NCBI GenBank assembly: GCA_964016885.1 | Contig: OZ024742.1 | Span: 17,050,001-17,114,000 of the forward strand | DNA: 64,000 nt | From: Eledone cirrhosa | Lineage: Eukaryota | Reading direction: 5' to 3' | Shown: in pieces, positions 42,313-57,300 of the stretch | Layout: each line of letters starts with the position of its first letter | Numbering within the stretch: the first letter of the stretch is position 1 | The notes under the pieces: generated by a model | The model's input: only the letters and a program-made list of their open reading frames with translations | Database searches by the model: none | Told to the model about the DNA's origin: nothing | Translations under genes and position numbers: made by a program

Positions 42313-45300
42313 TAGCATGGTGTCAGACCCTCTACCCATACTGCCAATCCACCACCCTAGCATGGTGTCAGACCCTCTACCCATACTGCCAATCCAGCAC
42401 CCTACCATGGTGTCAGACCTTCCGCTATTACTGTCAATCCACCACCCTAGCATGGTGTCAGACCCTCTAGCGATACTACCAATCTACCACCCTATCATGG
42501 TGTCAGACCCTCTACCGATACTGCCAATCTACCACCCTATCATGGTGTCAGACCCTCTAGCGATACTGCCAATCTACCACCCTATCATGGTGTCAGACCC
42601 TCTACCGATACTGCCATTCCACCACCCTACCATGGTGTCAGACCTTCCACTATTACTGCCAATCCACCACCCTAACATGGTGTCAGAACCTCTTCCGATA
42701 CTGCCAATCAACCACCCTAACATGGTGTCAGACCCTCCACTGATACTGCCAATCCACCACCCTAGCATGGTGTCAGACCCTCCACTGATACTGCCAATCT
42801 ACCACCCTACCATGGTTTCAGACTCTCTACCGATACTGCCAATCCACCACCCTAACGTGGTGTCAAACCCTCTACCTATACTGCCAATCCACCACCCTAG
42901 CATGGCGTCAGACCCTCTACCGATACTGCCAATCCACCACCCTAGCATGGTGTCAGACCCTCTACTTATACTGCCAATCCACCACCCTAACATGGTGTCA
43001 GACGCTCTACCGATGCTGCCAATCCAGCACCCTAGCATGGTGTCAGACCCTCTACCTATACTGCCAATCCACCACCCTAGCATGGTGTCAGACCCTCTAC
43101 CTATACTGCCAATCTACCACCCTAACATGGTTTCAGGCTCTCTACCGATACTGCCAATCCACCACCCTAACATGGTGTCAGACCCTCTACCTATACTACC
43201 AATCTACCACCCTAACATGGTGTCAGACCCTCCACTGATACTGCCAATCTACCACCCTAACATGGTGTCAGACCCTCCACTGATACTGCCAATCCACCAC
43301 CCTAACATGGTGTCAGACCCTCCACTGATACTGCCAATCTACCACCCTAGCATGGCGTCAGACCCTCCACTGATACTGCCAATCTACCACCCTAACATGG
43401 TGTCAGACCCTCCACTGATACTGCCAATCCACCACCCTAACATGGTGTCAGACCCTCCACTGATACTGCCACTCTACCACCCTAACATGGTGTTCGACCC
43501 TCTACCAATACTGCCAATCCACCACCCTAAGATGGTGTCAGACCCTCCACTGATACTGCCAATCTACCACCATACCATGGTGTCTGACCCTCCACTGATA
43601 CTGCCACTCTACCACCCTAACATGGTGTCAGACCCTCCACTGATACTACCATTCTACCACCCTAACATGGTGTCAGACCCTCCACTGATACTGCCAATCT
43701 ACCAACCTACCATGGTGTCAGACCCTCCACTGATACTGCCACTCTACCACCCTAACATGGTGTCAGACCCTTCACTGATACTGCCACTCTACCACCCTAA
43801 CATGGTGTCAGACCCTCTACCTATAATGCCAATCCACCACCCTAGCATGGTGTCAGACCCTCCACTGATACTGCCAATCTACCACTCTAGCATGGTGTCA
43901 GACCCTCTACTGATACTGCCAATCTACCACCCTAACATGGCGTCAGACCCTCTACAGATACTGCCAATCTACCACCCTAACATGGTGTCAGTCCCTCTAC
44001 CGATACTGCCAATCTACCACCCTACCATGGTGTCAGACCCTCTACTGATACTGCCAATCCACCACCCTAACATGGTGTCAGACCCTCTACCCATAATGCC
44101 AATCCACCACCCTAGCATGGTGTCAGACCATCCACTGATACTATCAATCCACAACCCTAACATGGTGTCAGACCCTCCACTGATACTACCAATCTACCAC
44201 CCTAGCATGGCGTCAGACCCTCCACTGATACTGCCAACCTACCACCCTAACGTGGTGTCAGACCCTCCACTGATACTGCCAACCTACCACCCTAACGTGG
44301 TGTCAGACCCTCCACTGATACTACCAACCTACCACCCTTACATGGTGTCAGACCCTCCACTGATACTACCAACCTACCACCCTTACATGGTGTCAGACCC
44401 TCCACTGATACTACCAATCTACCACCCTAGCATGGCGTCAGACCCTCCACTGATACTGCCAACCTACCACCCTAACGTGGTGTCAGACCCTCCACTGATA
44501 CTACCAACCTACCACCCTTACATGGTGTCAGACCCTCCACTGATACTATCAATCCACCAACCTAACGTGGTGTCAGACCCTCCACTGATACTGCCAATCC
44601 ACCACCCTAACAAGGTGTCAGACCCTCCACTGATACTACCAACCTACCACCCTTACATGGTGTCAGACCCTCCACTGATACTATCAATCCACCAACCTAA
44701 CGTGGTGTCAGACCCTCTGATGATACTGCCAATCCACCACCCTAACATGGTGTCAGACCCTCCACTGATACTGCCAATCTACCACCCTAACATGGTGTCA
44801 GACCCTCCACTGATACTGCCAATCCAGCACCCTAACATGGCGTCAGACCCTCTACCGATACTGCCAATCCACCACCCTAGCATGGTGTCAGACCCTCTAC
44901 CGATACTGCCAATCCACCACACTAGCATGGTGTCAGACCCTCTACCGATACTGCCAATCCACCACCCTAGCATGGTGTCAGACCCTCTACCGATACTGCC
45001 AATCTACCACCCTAGCATGGTGTCAGACCCTCTACCGATACTGCCAATCTACCACCCTAGCATGGTGTCAGACCCTCCACTGATACTACCAATCTACCAC
45101 CCTAACATGGTGTCAGACCCTCCACTGATACTACCAATCTACCAACCTACAATGGTGTCAGACCCTCCACTGATACTGCCAATCTACCACCCTAACTTGG
45201 TGTCAGACCCTCCACTGATACTACCTATCTACCACCCTAACATGGTGTCAGACCCTCCACTGATACTGCCAATCTACCACCCTAACATGGTGTCAGATCC

Positions 45301-48300
45301 TCTACCTATACTGCCAATCTACCACCCTAACATGGTGTCAGACCCTCTACCTATACTGCCAATCTTCCACCCTAGCATGGTGTCAGACCCTCTACCTATA
45401 CTGCCAATCTACCACCCTAGCATGGTGTCAGACCCTCTACCTATACTGCCAATCCACCACCCTAACATGGTGTCAGACCGTCCACTGATACTACCAATCT
45501 ACCACCCTAACATGGTGACAGACCCTCCACTGATACTGCCAATCCACCACCCTAGCATGGCGTCAGACCCTCCACTGATACTGCCAATCCACCACCCTAA
45601 CATGGTGTCAGACCCTCCACTGATACTGCCAATCTACCACCCTAACATGGCGTCAGACCCTCCACTGATACTGCCAATCCACCACCCTAGCATGGTGTGA
45701 GACCCTCCACTGATACTACCAATCCACCACCCTAGCATGTTGTGAGACCCTCCACTGATACTGCCAATCCACCACCCTAGCATGGCGTCAGACCCTCCAC
45801 TGATACTGCCAATCCACCACCCTAACATGGCGTCAGACCCTCCACTGATACTGCCAACCTACCACCCTAACATGGTGTCAGACCCTCCACTGATACTACC
45901 AATCTACCACCCTAACATGGTGTCAGACCCTCCACTGATACTACCAATCTACCACCCTAACATGGTGTCAGACCCTCCACTGATACTGCCAACCTACCAC
46001 CCTAACATGGTGTCAGACCCTCCACTGATACTACCAATCTACCACCCTAGCATGGTGTCAGTCCCTCTACCGATACTACCAATCTACCACCCTAACATGG
46101 TGACAGACCCTCCACTGATACTGCCAATCCACCACCCTGAAATGGTGTCAGACCCTCCACTGATACTACCAATCTACCACCCTAACATGGTGACAGACCC
46201 TCCACTGATACTGCCAATCCACCACCCTAACATGGTGTCAGACCCTCCACTGATACTGCCAATCTACCACCCTAACATGGTGTCAGACCATCCACTGATA
46301 CTACCAATCTACCACCCTAACATGGTGACAGACCCTCCACTGATACTGCCAATCCACCACCCTAACATGGTGTCAGACCCTCCACTGATACTGCCAATCT
46401 ACCACCCTAACATGGTGTCAGACCATCCACTGATACTACCAATCTACCACCCTAACATGGTGACAGACCCTCCACTGATACTGCCAATCCACCACCCTAA
46501 CATGGTGTCAGACCCTCCACTGATACTGCCAATCTACCACCCTAACATGGTGTCAGACCATACACTGATACTACCAATCTACCACCCTAACATGGTGTCA
46601 GACCATCCACTGATACTACCAATCTACCACCCTAACATGGTGACAGACCCTCCACTGATACTACCAATCTACCACCCTAACATGGTGTCAGACCCTCCAC
46701 TGATACTGCTAATCTACCACCCTAACATGGTGTCAGACCCTCCACTGATACTACCAATCTACCAACCTACAATGGTGTCAGACCCTCCACTGATACTACC
46801 AATCTACCAACCTAACATGGTGTCAGAGCCTCTACCTATACTGCCAATCTACCACTCTAGCATGATGTCAGACTCTCCACTGATACTGCCAATCTACCAC
46901 CCTAACATGGTGGCAGACACTCCACTGATACTACCTATCTACCACCCTAACATGGTGTCAGACCCTCCACTGATACTGCCAATCTACCACCCTAACATGG
47001 TGTCAGACCCTCTACCTATACTGCCAATCTACCACCCTAACATGGTGTCAGACCCTCTACCTATACTGCCAATCTTCCACCGTAGCATGGTGTCAGACCC
47101 TCTACCTATACTGCCAATCTACCACCCTAACATGGTGTCAGACCCTCTACTGATACTGCCAGTCCACCACCCTAACATGGTGTCAGACCCTCTACCTATA
47201 CTGCCAATCTACCACCCTAACATGGTGTCAGACCCTCTACTGATACTGCCAGTCTACCACCCTAACATGGTGTCAGACCCTCTACCTATACTGCCAATCT
47301 ACCACCCTAGCATGGTGTCAGACCCTCCACTGATACTGCCAATCTACCACCCTAACATGGCGTCAGACCCTCCACTGATACTGCCAATCTACCACCCTAA
47401 CATGGTGTCAGACCCTCTACCTATAATGCCAATCTACCACCCTTACATGGTGTCAGTCCCTCCACTGATACTGCCAATCCACCACCCTAACATGGTGTCA
47501 GACCCTCCACTGATACTGCCAATCCACCACCCTAACATGGTGTCAGAACCTCCACTGATACTATCAATCCACCACCCTAGCATAGTGTCAGACCCTCTAC
47601 CGATACTGCCAATCCACCACCCTAACATGGTGTCAGACCCTCCACTGATACTACAAATCCACCACCCGTGCATGGTGCCAGACCCTCTACCTATACTGCG
47701 AATCCACCACCCGTGCATGGTGCCGGACCCTCTACCTATACTGCCAATCCACCACTCTAACATGGCGTCAGACCCTCTACCTATACTGCCAATCCACCAC
47801 CCTAGCATGGTGCCAGACCGTCTACCGATACTGCCAATCCATCACCCTAACATGGTGTCAGACCCTCCACTGATACTACCAACCTGCCACCCTAACATGG
47901 TGTCAGACCCTCCACTGATACTACCAATCCACCACCCGTGCATGGTGCCAGACCCTCTACCGATACTGCCAGTCCACCACCCATACATGGTGTCAGACCC
48001 TCTACCGATACTGCCAATCCACCACCCTAGCATGGTGTCAGACCCTCTACGGATACTACCAATCCACCACCCTACCATGGTGTCAGACCCTCTACCGATG
48101 CTGCCAATCCATCACCCTAACATGGTGTCAGACACTCTACCGATACTGCCAATCTACCACCCTAACATGGTGTCAGACCGTCTACTGATACTGCCAATCC
48201 ACCACCCTAGCATGGTGTCAGACCCTCTAACTATAATGCCAATCCACCACCCTTACATGGTGTCAGACCCTCCACTGATACTGCCAATCTACCACCCTAA

Positions 48301-51300
48301 CAAGGTGTCAGACCCTCCACTGATACTACCAATCTACCACCCTAACATGGTATCAGACCCTCCACTGATACTATCAATCCACCACCCTAACATGGTGTCA
48401 GACCCTCCACTGATACTACCAATCTACCACCCTAACATGGTATCAGACCCTCCACTGATACTATCAATCCACCACCCTAACATGGTGTCAGACCCTCCAC
48501 TGATACTACCAATCTACCACCCTAACGTGGTGTCAGACCCTCCACTGATACTACCAACCTGCCACCCTTACATGGTGTCAGACCCTACATTGATACTATC
48601 AATCCACCAACCTAACGTGGTGTCAGACCCTCTGATGATACTGCCAATCCACCACCCTAACATGGTGTCAGACCCTCCACTGATACTATCAATCCACCAA
48701 CCTAACGTGGTGTCAGACCCTCTGATGATACTGCCAATCCACCACCCTAACATGGTGTCAGACCCTCCACTGATACTGCCAATCTACCACCCTAACGTGG
48801 TGTCAGTCCCTCCACTGAAACTACCAACCTACCACCCTTACATGGTGTCAGACCCTCCACTGATACTATCAATCCACCAACCTAACGTGGTGTCAGACCC
48901 TCCACTGATACTATCAATCCACCACCCTAGCATAGTGTCAGACCCTCTACCGATACTGCCAATCCACCACCCTACCATGGTGTCAGACCCTCCACTGATA
49001 CTATCAATCCACCACCCTAGCATAGTGTCAGACCCTCTACCGATACTGCCAATCCACCATCCTAACATGGTGTCAGAACCTCCACTGATACTATCAATCC
49101 ACCACCCTAGCATAGTGTCAGACCCTCTACCGATACTGCCAATCCACCACCCTACCATGGTGTCAGACCCTCCACTGATACTATCAATCCACCAACCTAA
49201 CGTGGTGTCAGACCCTCCACTGATACTACCAATCCACCACCCGTGCATGGTGCCAGACCCTCTACCTATACTGCCAATCCACCACCCGTGCATGGTGCCA
49301 GACCCTCTACCTATACTGCCAATCCACCACCCTAACATGGCGTCAGACCCTCTACCTATACTGCCAATCCACCACCCTAGCATGGTGCCAGACCCTCTAC
49401 CGATACTGCCAATCCATCACCCTAACATGGTGTCAGACCCTCCACTGATACTACCAATCTACCACCCTAACATGGTGTCAGACCCTCCACTGATACTACC
49501 AATCTACCAACCTACCATGGTGTCAGACCCTCCACTGATACTGCCAATCTACCACACTAACATGGTGTCAGACCCTCCACTGATACTACCAATCTACCAA
49601 CCTACCATGGTGTCAGACCCTCCACTGATACTGCTAATCTACCACCCTAACATGGTGTCAGACCCTCCACTGATACTGCCAATCTACCACCCTAACATGG
49701 TGTCAGACCCTCCACTGATACTACCAATCTACCAACCTACCATGGTGTCAGACCCTCCACTGATACTGCTAATCTACCACCCTACCATGGTGTCAGACCC
49801 TCCACTGATACTGCTAATCTACCACCCTAACATGGTGTCAGACCCTCCACTGATACTACCAATCTACCAACCTACCATGGTGTCAGACCCTCCACTGATA
49901 CTACCAATCTACCACCCTAACATGGTGTCAGAGCCTCTACCTATACTGCCAATCTACCACTCTAGCATGGTGTCAGACTCTCCACTGATACTGCCAATCT
50001 ACCACCCTAACATGGTGTCAGACACTCCACTGATACTACCTATCTACCACCCTAACATGGTGTCAGACCCTCCACTGATACTGCCAATCTACCACCCTAA
50101 CATGGTGTCAGACCCTCTACCTATACTGCCAATCTACCACCCTAACATGGTGTCAGACCCTCTACCTATACTGCCAATCTTCCACCCTAGCATGGTGTCA
50201 GACCCTCTACCTATACTGACAATCTACCACCCTAACATGGTGTCAGACCCTCTACTGATACTGCCAGTCCACCACCCGTGCATGGTGCCAGACCCTCTAC
50301 CGATACTGCCAATCCACCACCCTAGCATGGTGTCAGACCCTCCACTGATACTGCCAATCTACCACCCTAGCATGGTGTCAGACCCTCTACCTATACTGCC
50401 AATCCACCACCCTAACATGGCGTCAGACCCTCTACCTATACTGCCAATCCACCACCCTAGCATGGTGCCAGACCCTCTACCTATACTGCCAATCCACCAC
50501 CCATACATGGTGTCAGACCCTCTACCGATACTGCCAATCTACCACCCTAGTATGGTGTCAGACCCTCCACTGATACTGCCAACCTACCACCCTAACATGG
50601 TGTCAGACCCTCCACTGATACTGCCAATCTACCACCCTAACATGGCGTCAGACCCTCTACCGATACTGCCAGTCCACCACCCTAGCATGGTGTCAGACCC
50701 TCTACCGATACTGCCAATCCACCACCCTAGCATGGTGTCAGACCATCTACCGATACTGTCAGTCCACCACCCTAGCATGGTGTCAAACCATCTACCGATA
50801 CTGCCAGTCCACCACCCTAGCATGGTGTCAGACCCTCTACCTATACTGCCAATCCACCACCCTAACATGGTGTCAGACCCTCTACCTATACTGCCAATCT
50901 ACCACCCTTACATGGTGTCAGACCCTCTACCTATACTGCCAATCCACCACCCTTACATGGTGTCAGACCCTCTACCTATACTGCCAATCTACCACCCTAA
51001 CATGGTGTCAGACCCTCTACCTATACTGCCAATCTACCACCCTAGCATGGTGTCAGACCCTCTACCTATACTGCCAATCTACCACCCTAGCATGGTGTCA
51101 GACCCTCTACCTATACTGCCAATCCACCACCCTTACATGGTGTCAGACCCTCTACCTATACTGCCAATCCACCACCCTAGCATGGTGTCAGACCCTCTAC
51201 CTATACTGCCAATCTACATCCCTAGCATGGTGTCAGACCCTCTACCTATACTGCCAATCCACCACCCTAACATGGTGTCAGACCCTCTACCTATACTGCC

Positions 51301-54300
51301 AATCTACCACCCTAGCATGGTGTCAGACCCTCTACCTATACTGCCAATCCACCACCCTAGCATGGCGTCAGACCCTCTACCTATACTGCCAATCTACCAC
51401 CCTTACATGGTGTCAGACCCTCCACTGATACTGCCAATCTACCACCCTTACATGGTGTCAGACCCTCTACCTATACTGCCAATCCACCACCCTTACATGG
51501 TGTCAGACCCTCTACCTATACTGCCAATCTACCACCCTAACATGGTGTCAGACCCTCTACCTATACTGCCAATCTACCACCCTAACATGGTGTCAGACCC
51601 TCTACCTATACTGCCAATCCACCACCCTAGCATGGTGTCAGACCCTCTACCTATACTGCCAATCCACCAACCTTACATGGTGTCAGACCCTCTACCTATA
51701 CTGCCAATCCACCACCCTAGCATGGTGTCAGACCCTCTACCTATACTGCCAATCCACCACCCTAGCATGGTGTCAGACCCTCTACCTATACTACCAATCT
51801 ACCACCCTAGCATGGTGTCAGACCCTCTACCTATACTGCCAATCCACCACCCTAACATGGTTTCAGACCCTCTACCTATACTGCCAATCCACCACCCTAA
51901 CATGGTGTCAGACCCTCTACCTATACTGCCAATCCACCACCCTTACATGGTGTCAGACCCTCTACCTATACTGCCAATCTACCACCCTAGCATGGTGTCA
52001 GACCCTCTACCTATACTGCCAATCCACCACCCTAGCATGGTGTGAGACCCTCCACTGATACTACCAATCCACCACCCTAGCATGTTGTGAGACCCTCCAC
52101 TGATACTGCCAATCCACCATCCTAGCATGGCGTCAGACCCTCCACTGATACTGCCAATCCACCACCCTAACATGGCGTCAGACCCTCCACTGATACTGCC
52201 AACCTACCACCCTAACATGGTGTCAGACCCTCCACTGATACTACCAATCTACCACCCTAACATGGTGTCAGACCCTCCACTGATACTACCAATCTACCAC
52301 CCTAACATGGTGTCAGACCCTCCACTGATACTGCCAACCTACCACCCTAACATGGTGTCAGACCCTCCACTGATACTACCAATCTACCACCCTAGCATGG
52401 TGTCAGTCCCTCTACCGATACTACCAATCTACCACCCTAACATGGTGACAGACCCTCCACTGATACTGCCAATCCACCACCCTGAAATGGTGTCAGACCC
52501 TCCACTGATACTACCAATCTACCACCCTAACATGGTGACAGACCCTCCACTGATACTGCCAATCCACCACCCTAACATGGTGTCAGACCCTCCACTGATA
52601 CTGCCAATCTACCACCCTAACATGGTGTCAGACCATCCACTGATACTACCAATCTACCACCCTAACATGGTGACAGACCCTCCACTGATACTGCCAATCC
52701 ACCACCCTAACATGGTGTCAGACCCTCCACTGATACTGCCAATCTACCACCCTAACATGGTGTCAGACCATCCACTGATACTACCAATCTACCACCCTAA
52801 CATGGTGACAGACCCTCCACTGATACTGCCAATCCACCACCCTAACATGGTGTCAGACCCTCCACTGATACTGCCAATCTACCACCCTAACATGGTGTCA
52901 GACCATACACTGATACTACCAATCTACCACCCTAACATGGTGTCAGACCATCCACTGATACTACCAATCTACCACCCTAACATGGTGACAGACCCTCCAC
53001 TGATACTACCAATCTACCACCCTAACATGGTGTCAGACCCTCCACTGATACTGCTAATCTACCACCCTAACATGGTGTCAGACCCTCCACTGATACTACC
53101 AATCTACCAACCTACAATGGTGTCAGACCCTCCACTGATACTACCAATCTACCAACCTAACATGGTGTCAGAGCCTCTACCTATACTGCCAATCTACCAC
53201 TCTAGCATGATGTCAGACTCTCCACTGATACTGCCAATCTACCACCCTAACATGGTGGCAGACACTCCACTGATACTACCTATCTACCACCCTAACATGG
53301 TGTCAGACCCTCCACTGATACTGCCAATCTACCACCCTAACATGGTGTCAGACCCTCTACCTATACTGCCAATCTACCACCCTAACATGGTGTCAGACCC
53401 TCTACCTATACTGCCAATCTTCCACCGTAGCATGGTGTCAGACCCTCTACCTATACTGCCAATCTACCACCCTAACATGGTGTCAGACCCTCTACTGATA
53501 CTGCCAGTCCACCACCCTAACATGGTGTCAGACCCTCTACCTATACTGCCAATCTACCACCCTAACATGGTGTCAGACCCTCTACTGATACTGCCAGTCT
53601 ACCACCCTAACATGGTGTCAGACCCTCTACCTATACTGCCAATCTACCACCCTAGCATGGTGTCAGACCCTCCACTGATACTGCCAATCTACCACCCTAA
53701 CATGGCGTCAGACCCTCCACTGATACTGCCAATCTACCACCCTAACATGGTGTCAGACCCTCTACCTATAATGCCAATCTACCACCCTTACATGGTGTCA
53801 GTCCCTCCACTGATACTGCCAATCCACCACCCTAACATGGTGTCAGACCCTCCACTGATACTGCCAATCCACCACCCTAACATGGTGTCAGAACCTCCAC
53901 TGATACTATCAATCCACCACCCTAGCATAGTGTCAGACCCTCTACCGATACTGCCAATCCACCACCCTAACATGGTGTCAGACCCTCCACTGATACTACA
54001 AATCCACCACCCGTGCATGGTGCCAGACCCTCTACCTATACTGCGAATCCACCACCCGTGCATGGTGCCGGACCCTCTACCTATACTGCCAATCCACCAC
54101 TCTAACATGGCGTCAGACCCTCTACCTATACTGCCAATCCACCACCCTAGCATGGTGCCAGACCGTCTACCGATACTGCCAATCCATCACCCTAACATGG
54201 TGTCAGACCCTCCACTGATACTACCAACCTGCCACCCTAACATGGTGTCAGACCCTCCACTGATACTACCAATCCACCACCCGTGCATGGTGCCAGACCC

Positions 54301-57300
54301 TCTACCGATACTGCCAGTCCACCACCCATACATGGTGTCAGACCCTCTACCGATACTGCCAATCCACCACCCTAGCATGGTGTCAGACCCTCTACGGATA
54401 CTACCAATCCACCACCCTACCATGGTGTCAGACCCTCTACCGATGCTGCCAATCCATCACCCTAACATGGTGTCAGACACTCTACCGATACTGCCAATCT
54501 ACCACCCTAACATGGTGTCAGACCGTCTACTGATACTGCCAATCCACCACCCTAGCATGGTGTCAGACCCTCTAACTATAATGCCAATCCACCACCCTTA
54601 CATGGTGTCAGACCCTCCACTGATACTGCCAATCTACCACCCTAACAAGGTGTCAGACCCTCCACTGATACTACCAATCTACCACCCTAACATGGTATCA
54701 GACCCTCCACTGATACTATCAATCCACCACCCTAACATGGTGTCAGACCCTCCACTGATACTACCAATCTACCACCCTAACATGGTATCAGACCCTCCAC
54801 TGATACTATCAATCCACCACCCTAACATGGTGTCAGACCCTCCACTGATACTACCAATCTACCACCCTAACGTGGTGTCAGACCCTCCACTGATACTACC
54901 AACCTGCCACCCTTACATGGTGTCAGACCCTCCATTGATACTATCAATCCACCAACCTAACGTGGTGTCAGACCCTCTGATGATACTGCCAATCCACCAC
55001 CCTAACATGGTGTCAGACCCTCCACTGATACTATCAATCCACCAACCTAACGTGGTGTCAGACCCTCTGATGATACTGCCAATCCACCACCCTAACATGG
55101 TGTCAGACCCTCCACTGATACTGCCAATCTACCACCCTAACGTGGTGTCAGTCCCTCCACTGAAACTACCAACCTACCACCCTTACATGGTGTCAGACCC
55201 TCCACTGATACTATCAATCCACCAACCTAACGTGGTGTCAGACCCTCCACTGATACTATCAATCCACCACCCTAGCATAGTGTCAGACCCTCTACCGATA
55301 CTGCCAATCCACCACCCTACCATGGTGTCAGACCCTCCACTGATACTATCAATCCACCACCCTAGCATAGTGTCAGACCCTCTACCGATACTGCCAATCC
55401 ACCATCCTAACATGGTGTCAGAACCTCCACTGATACTATCAATCCACCACCCTAGCATAGTGTCAGACCCTCTACCGATACTGCCAATCCACCACCCTAC
55501 CATGGTGTCAGACCCTCCACTGATACTATCAATCCACCAACCTAACGTGGTGTCAGACCCTCCACTGATACTACCAATCCACCACCCGTGCATGGTGCCA
55601 GACCCTCTACCTATACTGCCAATCCACCACCCGTGCATGGTGCCAGACCCTCTACCTATACTGCCAATCCACCACCCTAACAAGACGTCAGACCCTCTAC
55701 CTATACTGCCAATCCACCACCCTAGCATGGTGCCAGACCCTCTACCGATACTGCCAATCCATCACCCTAACATGGTGTCAGACCCTCCACTGATACTACC
55801 AATCTACCACCCTAACATGGTGTCAGACCCTCCACTGATACTACCAATCTACCAACCTACCATGGTGTCAGACCCTCCACTGATACTGCCAATCTACCAC
55901 ACTAACATGGTGTCAGACCCTCCACTGATACTACCAATCTACCAACCTACCATGGTGTCAGACCCTCCACTGATACTGCTAATCTACCACCCTAACATGG
56001 TGTCAGACCCTCCACTGATACTGCCAATCTACCACCCTAACATGGTGTCAGACCCTCCACTGATACTACCAATCTACCAACCTACCATGGTGTCAGACCC
56101 TCCACTGATACTGCTAATCTACCACCCTACCATGGTGTCAGACCCTCCACTGATACTGCTAATCTACCACCCTAACATGGTGTCAGACCCTCCACTGATA
56201 CTACCAATCTACCAACCTACCATGGTGTCAGACCCTCCACTGATACTACCAATCTACCACCCTAACATGGTGTCAGAGCCTCTACCTATACTGCCAATCT
56301 ACCACTCTAGCATGGTGTCAGACTCTCCACTGATACTGCCAATCTACCACCCTAACATGGTGTCAGACACTCCACTGATACTACCTATCTACCACCCTAA
56401 CATGGTGTCAGACCCTCCACTGATACTGCCAATCTACCACCCTAACATGGTGTCAGACCCTCTACCTATACTGCCAATCTACCACCCTAACATGGTGTCA
56501 GACCCTCTACCTATACTGCCAATCTTCCACCCTAGCATGGTGTCAGACCCTCTACCTATACTGACAATCTACCACCCTAACATGGTGTCAGACCCTCTAC
56601 TGATACTGCCAGTCCACCACCCGTGCATGGTGCCAGACCCTCTACCGATACTGCCAATCCACCACCCTAGCATGGTGTCAGACCCTCCACTGATACTGCC
56701 AATCTACCACCCTAGCATGGTGTCAGACCCTCTACCTATACTGCCAATCCACCACCCTAACATGGCGTCAGACCCTCTACCTATACTGCCAATCCACCAC
56801 CCTAGCATGGTGCCAGACCCTCTACCTATACTGCCAATCCACCACCCATACATGGTGTCAGACCCTCTACCGATACTGCCAATCTACCACCCTAGTATGG
56901 TGTCAGACCCTCCACTGATACTGCCAACCTACCACCCTAACATGGTGTCAGACCCTCCACTGATACTGCCAATCTACCACCCTAACATGGCGTCAGACCC
57001 TCTACCGATACTGCCAGTCCACCACCCTAGCATGGTGTCAGACCCTCTACCGATACTGCCAATCCACCACCCTAGCATGGTGTCAGACCATCTACCGATA
57101 CTGTCAGTCCACCACCCTAGCATGGTGTCAAACCATCTACCGATACTGCCAGTCCACCACCCTAGCATGGTGTCAGACCCTCTACCTATACTGCCAATCC
57201 ACCACCCTAACATGGTGTCAGACCCTCTACCTATACTGCCAATCTACCACCCTTACATGGTGTCAGACCCTCTACCTATACTGCCAATCCACCACCCTTA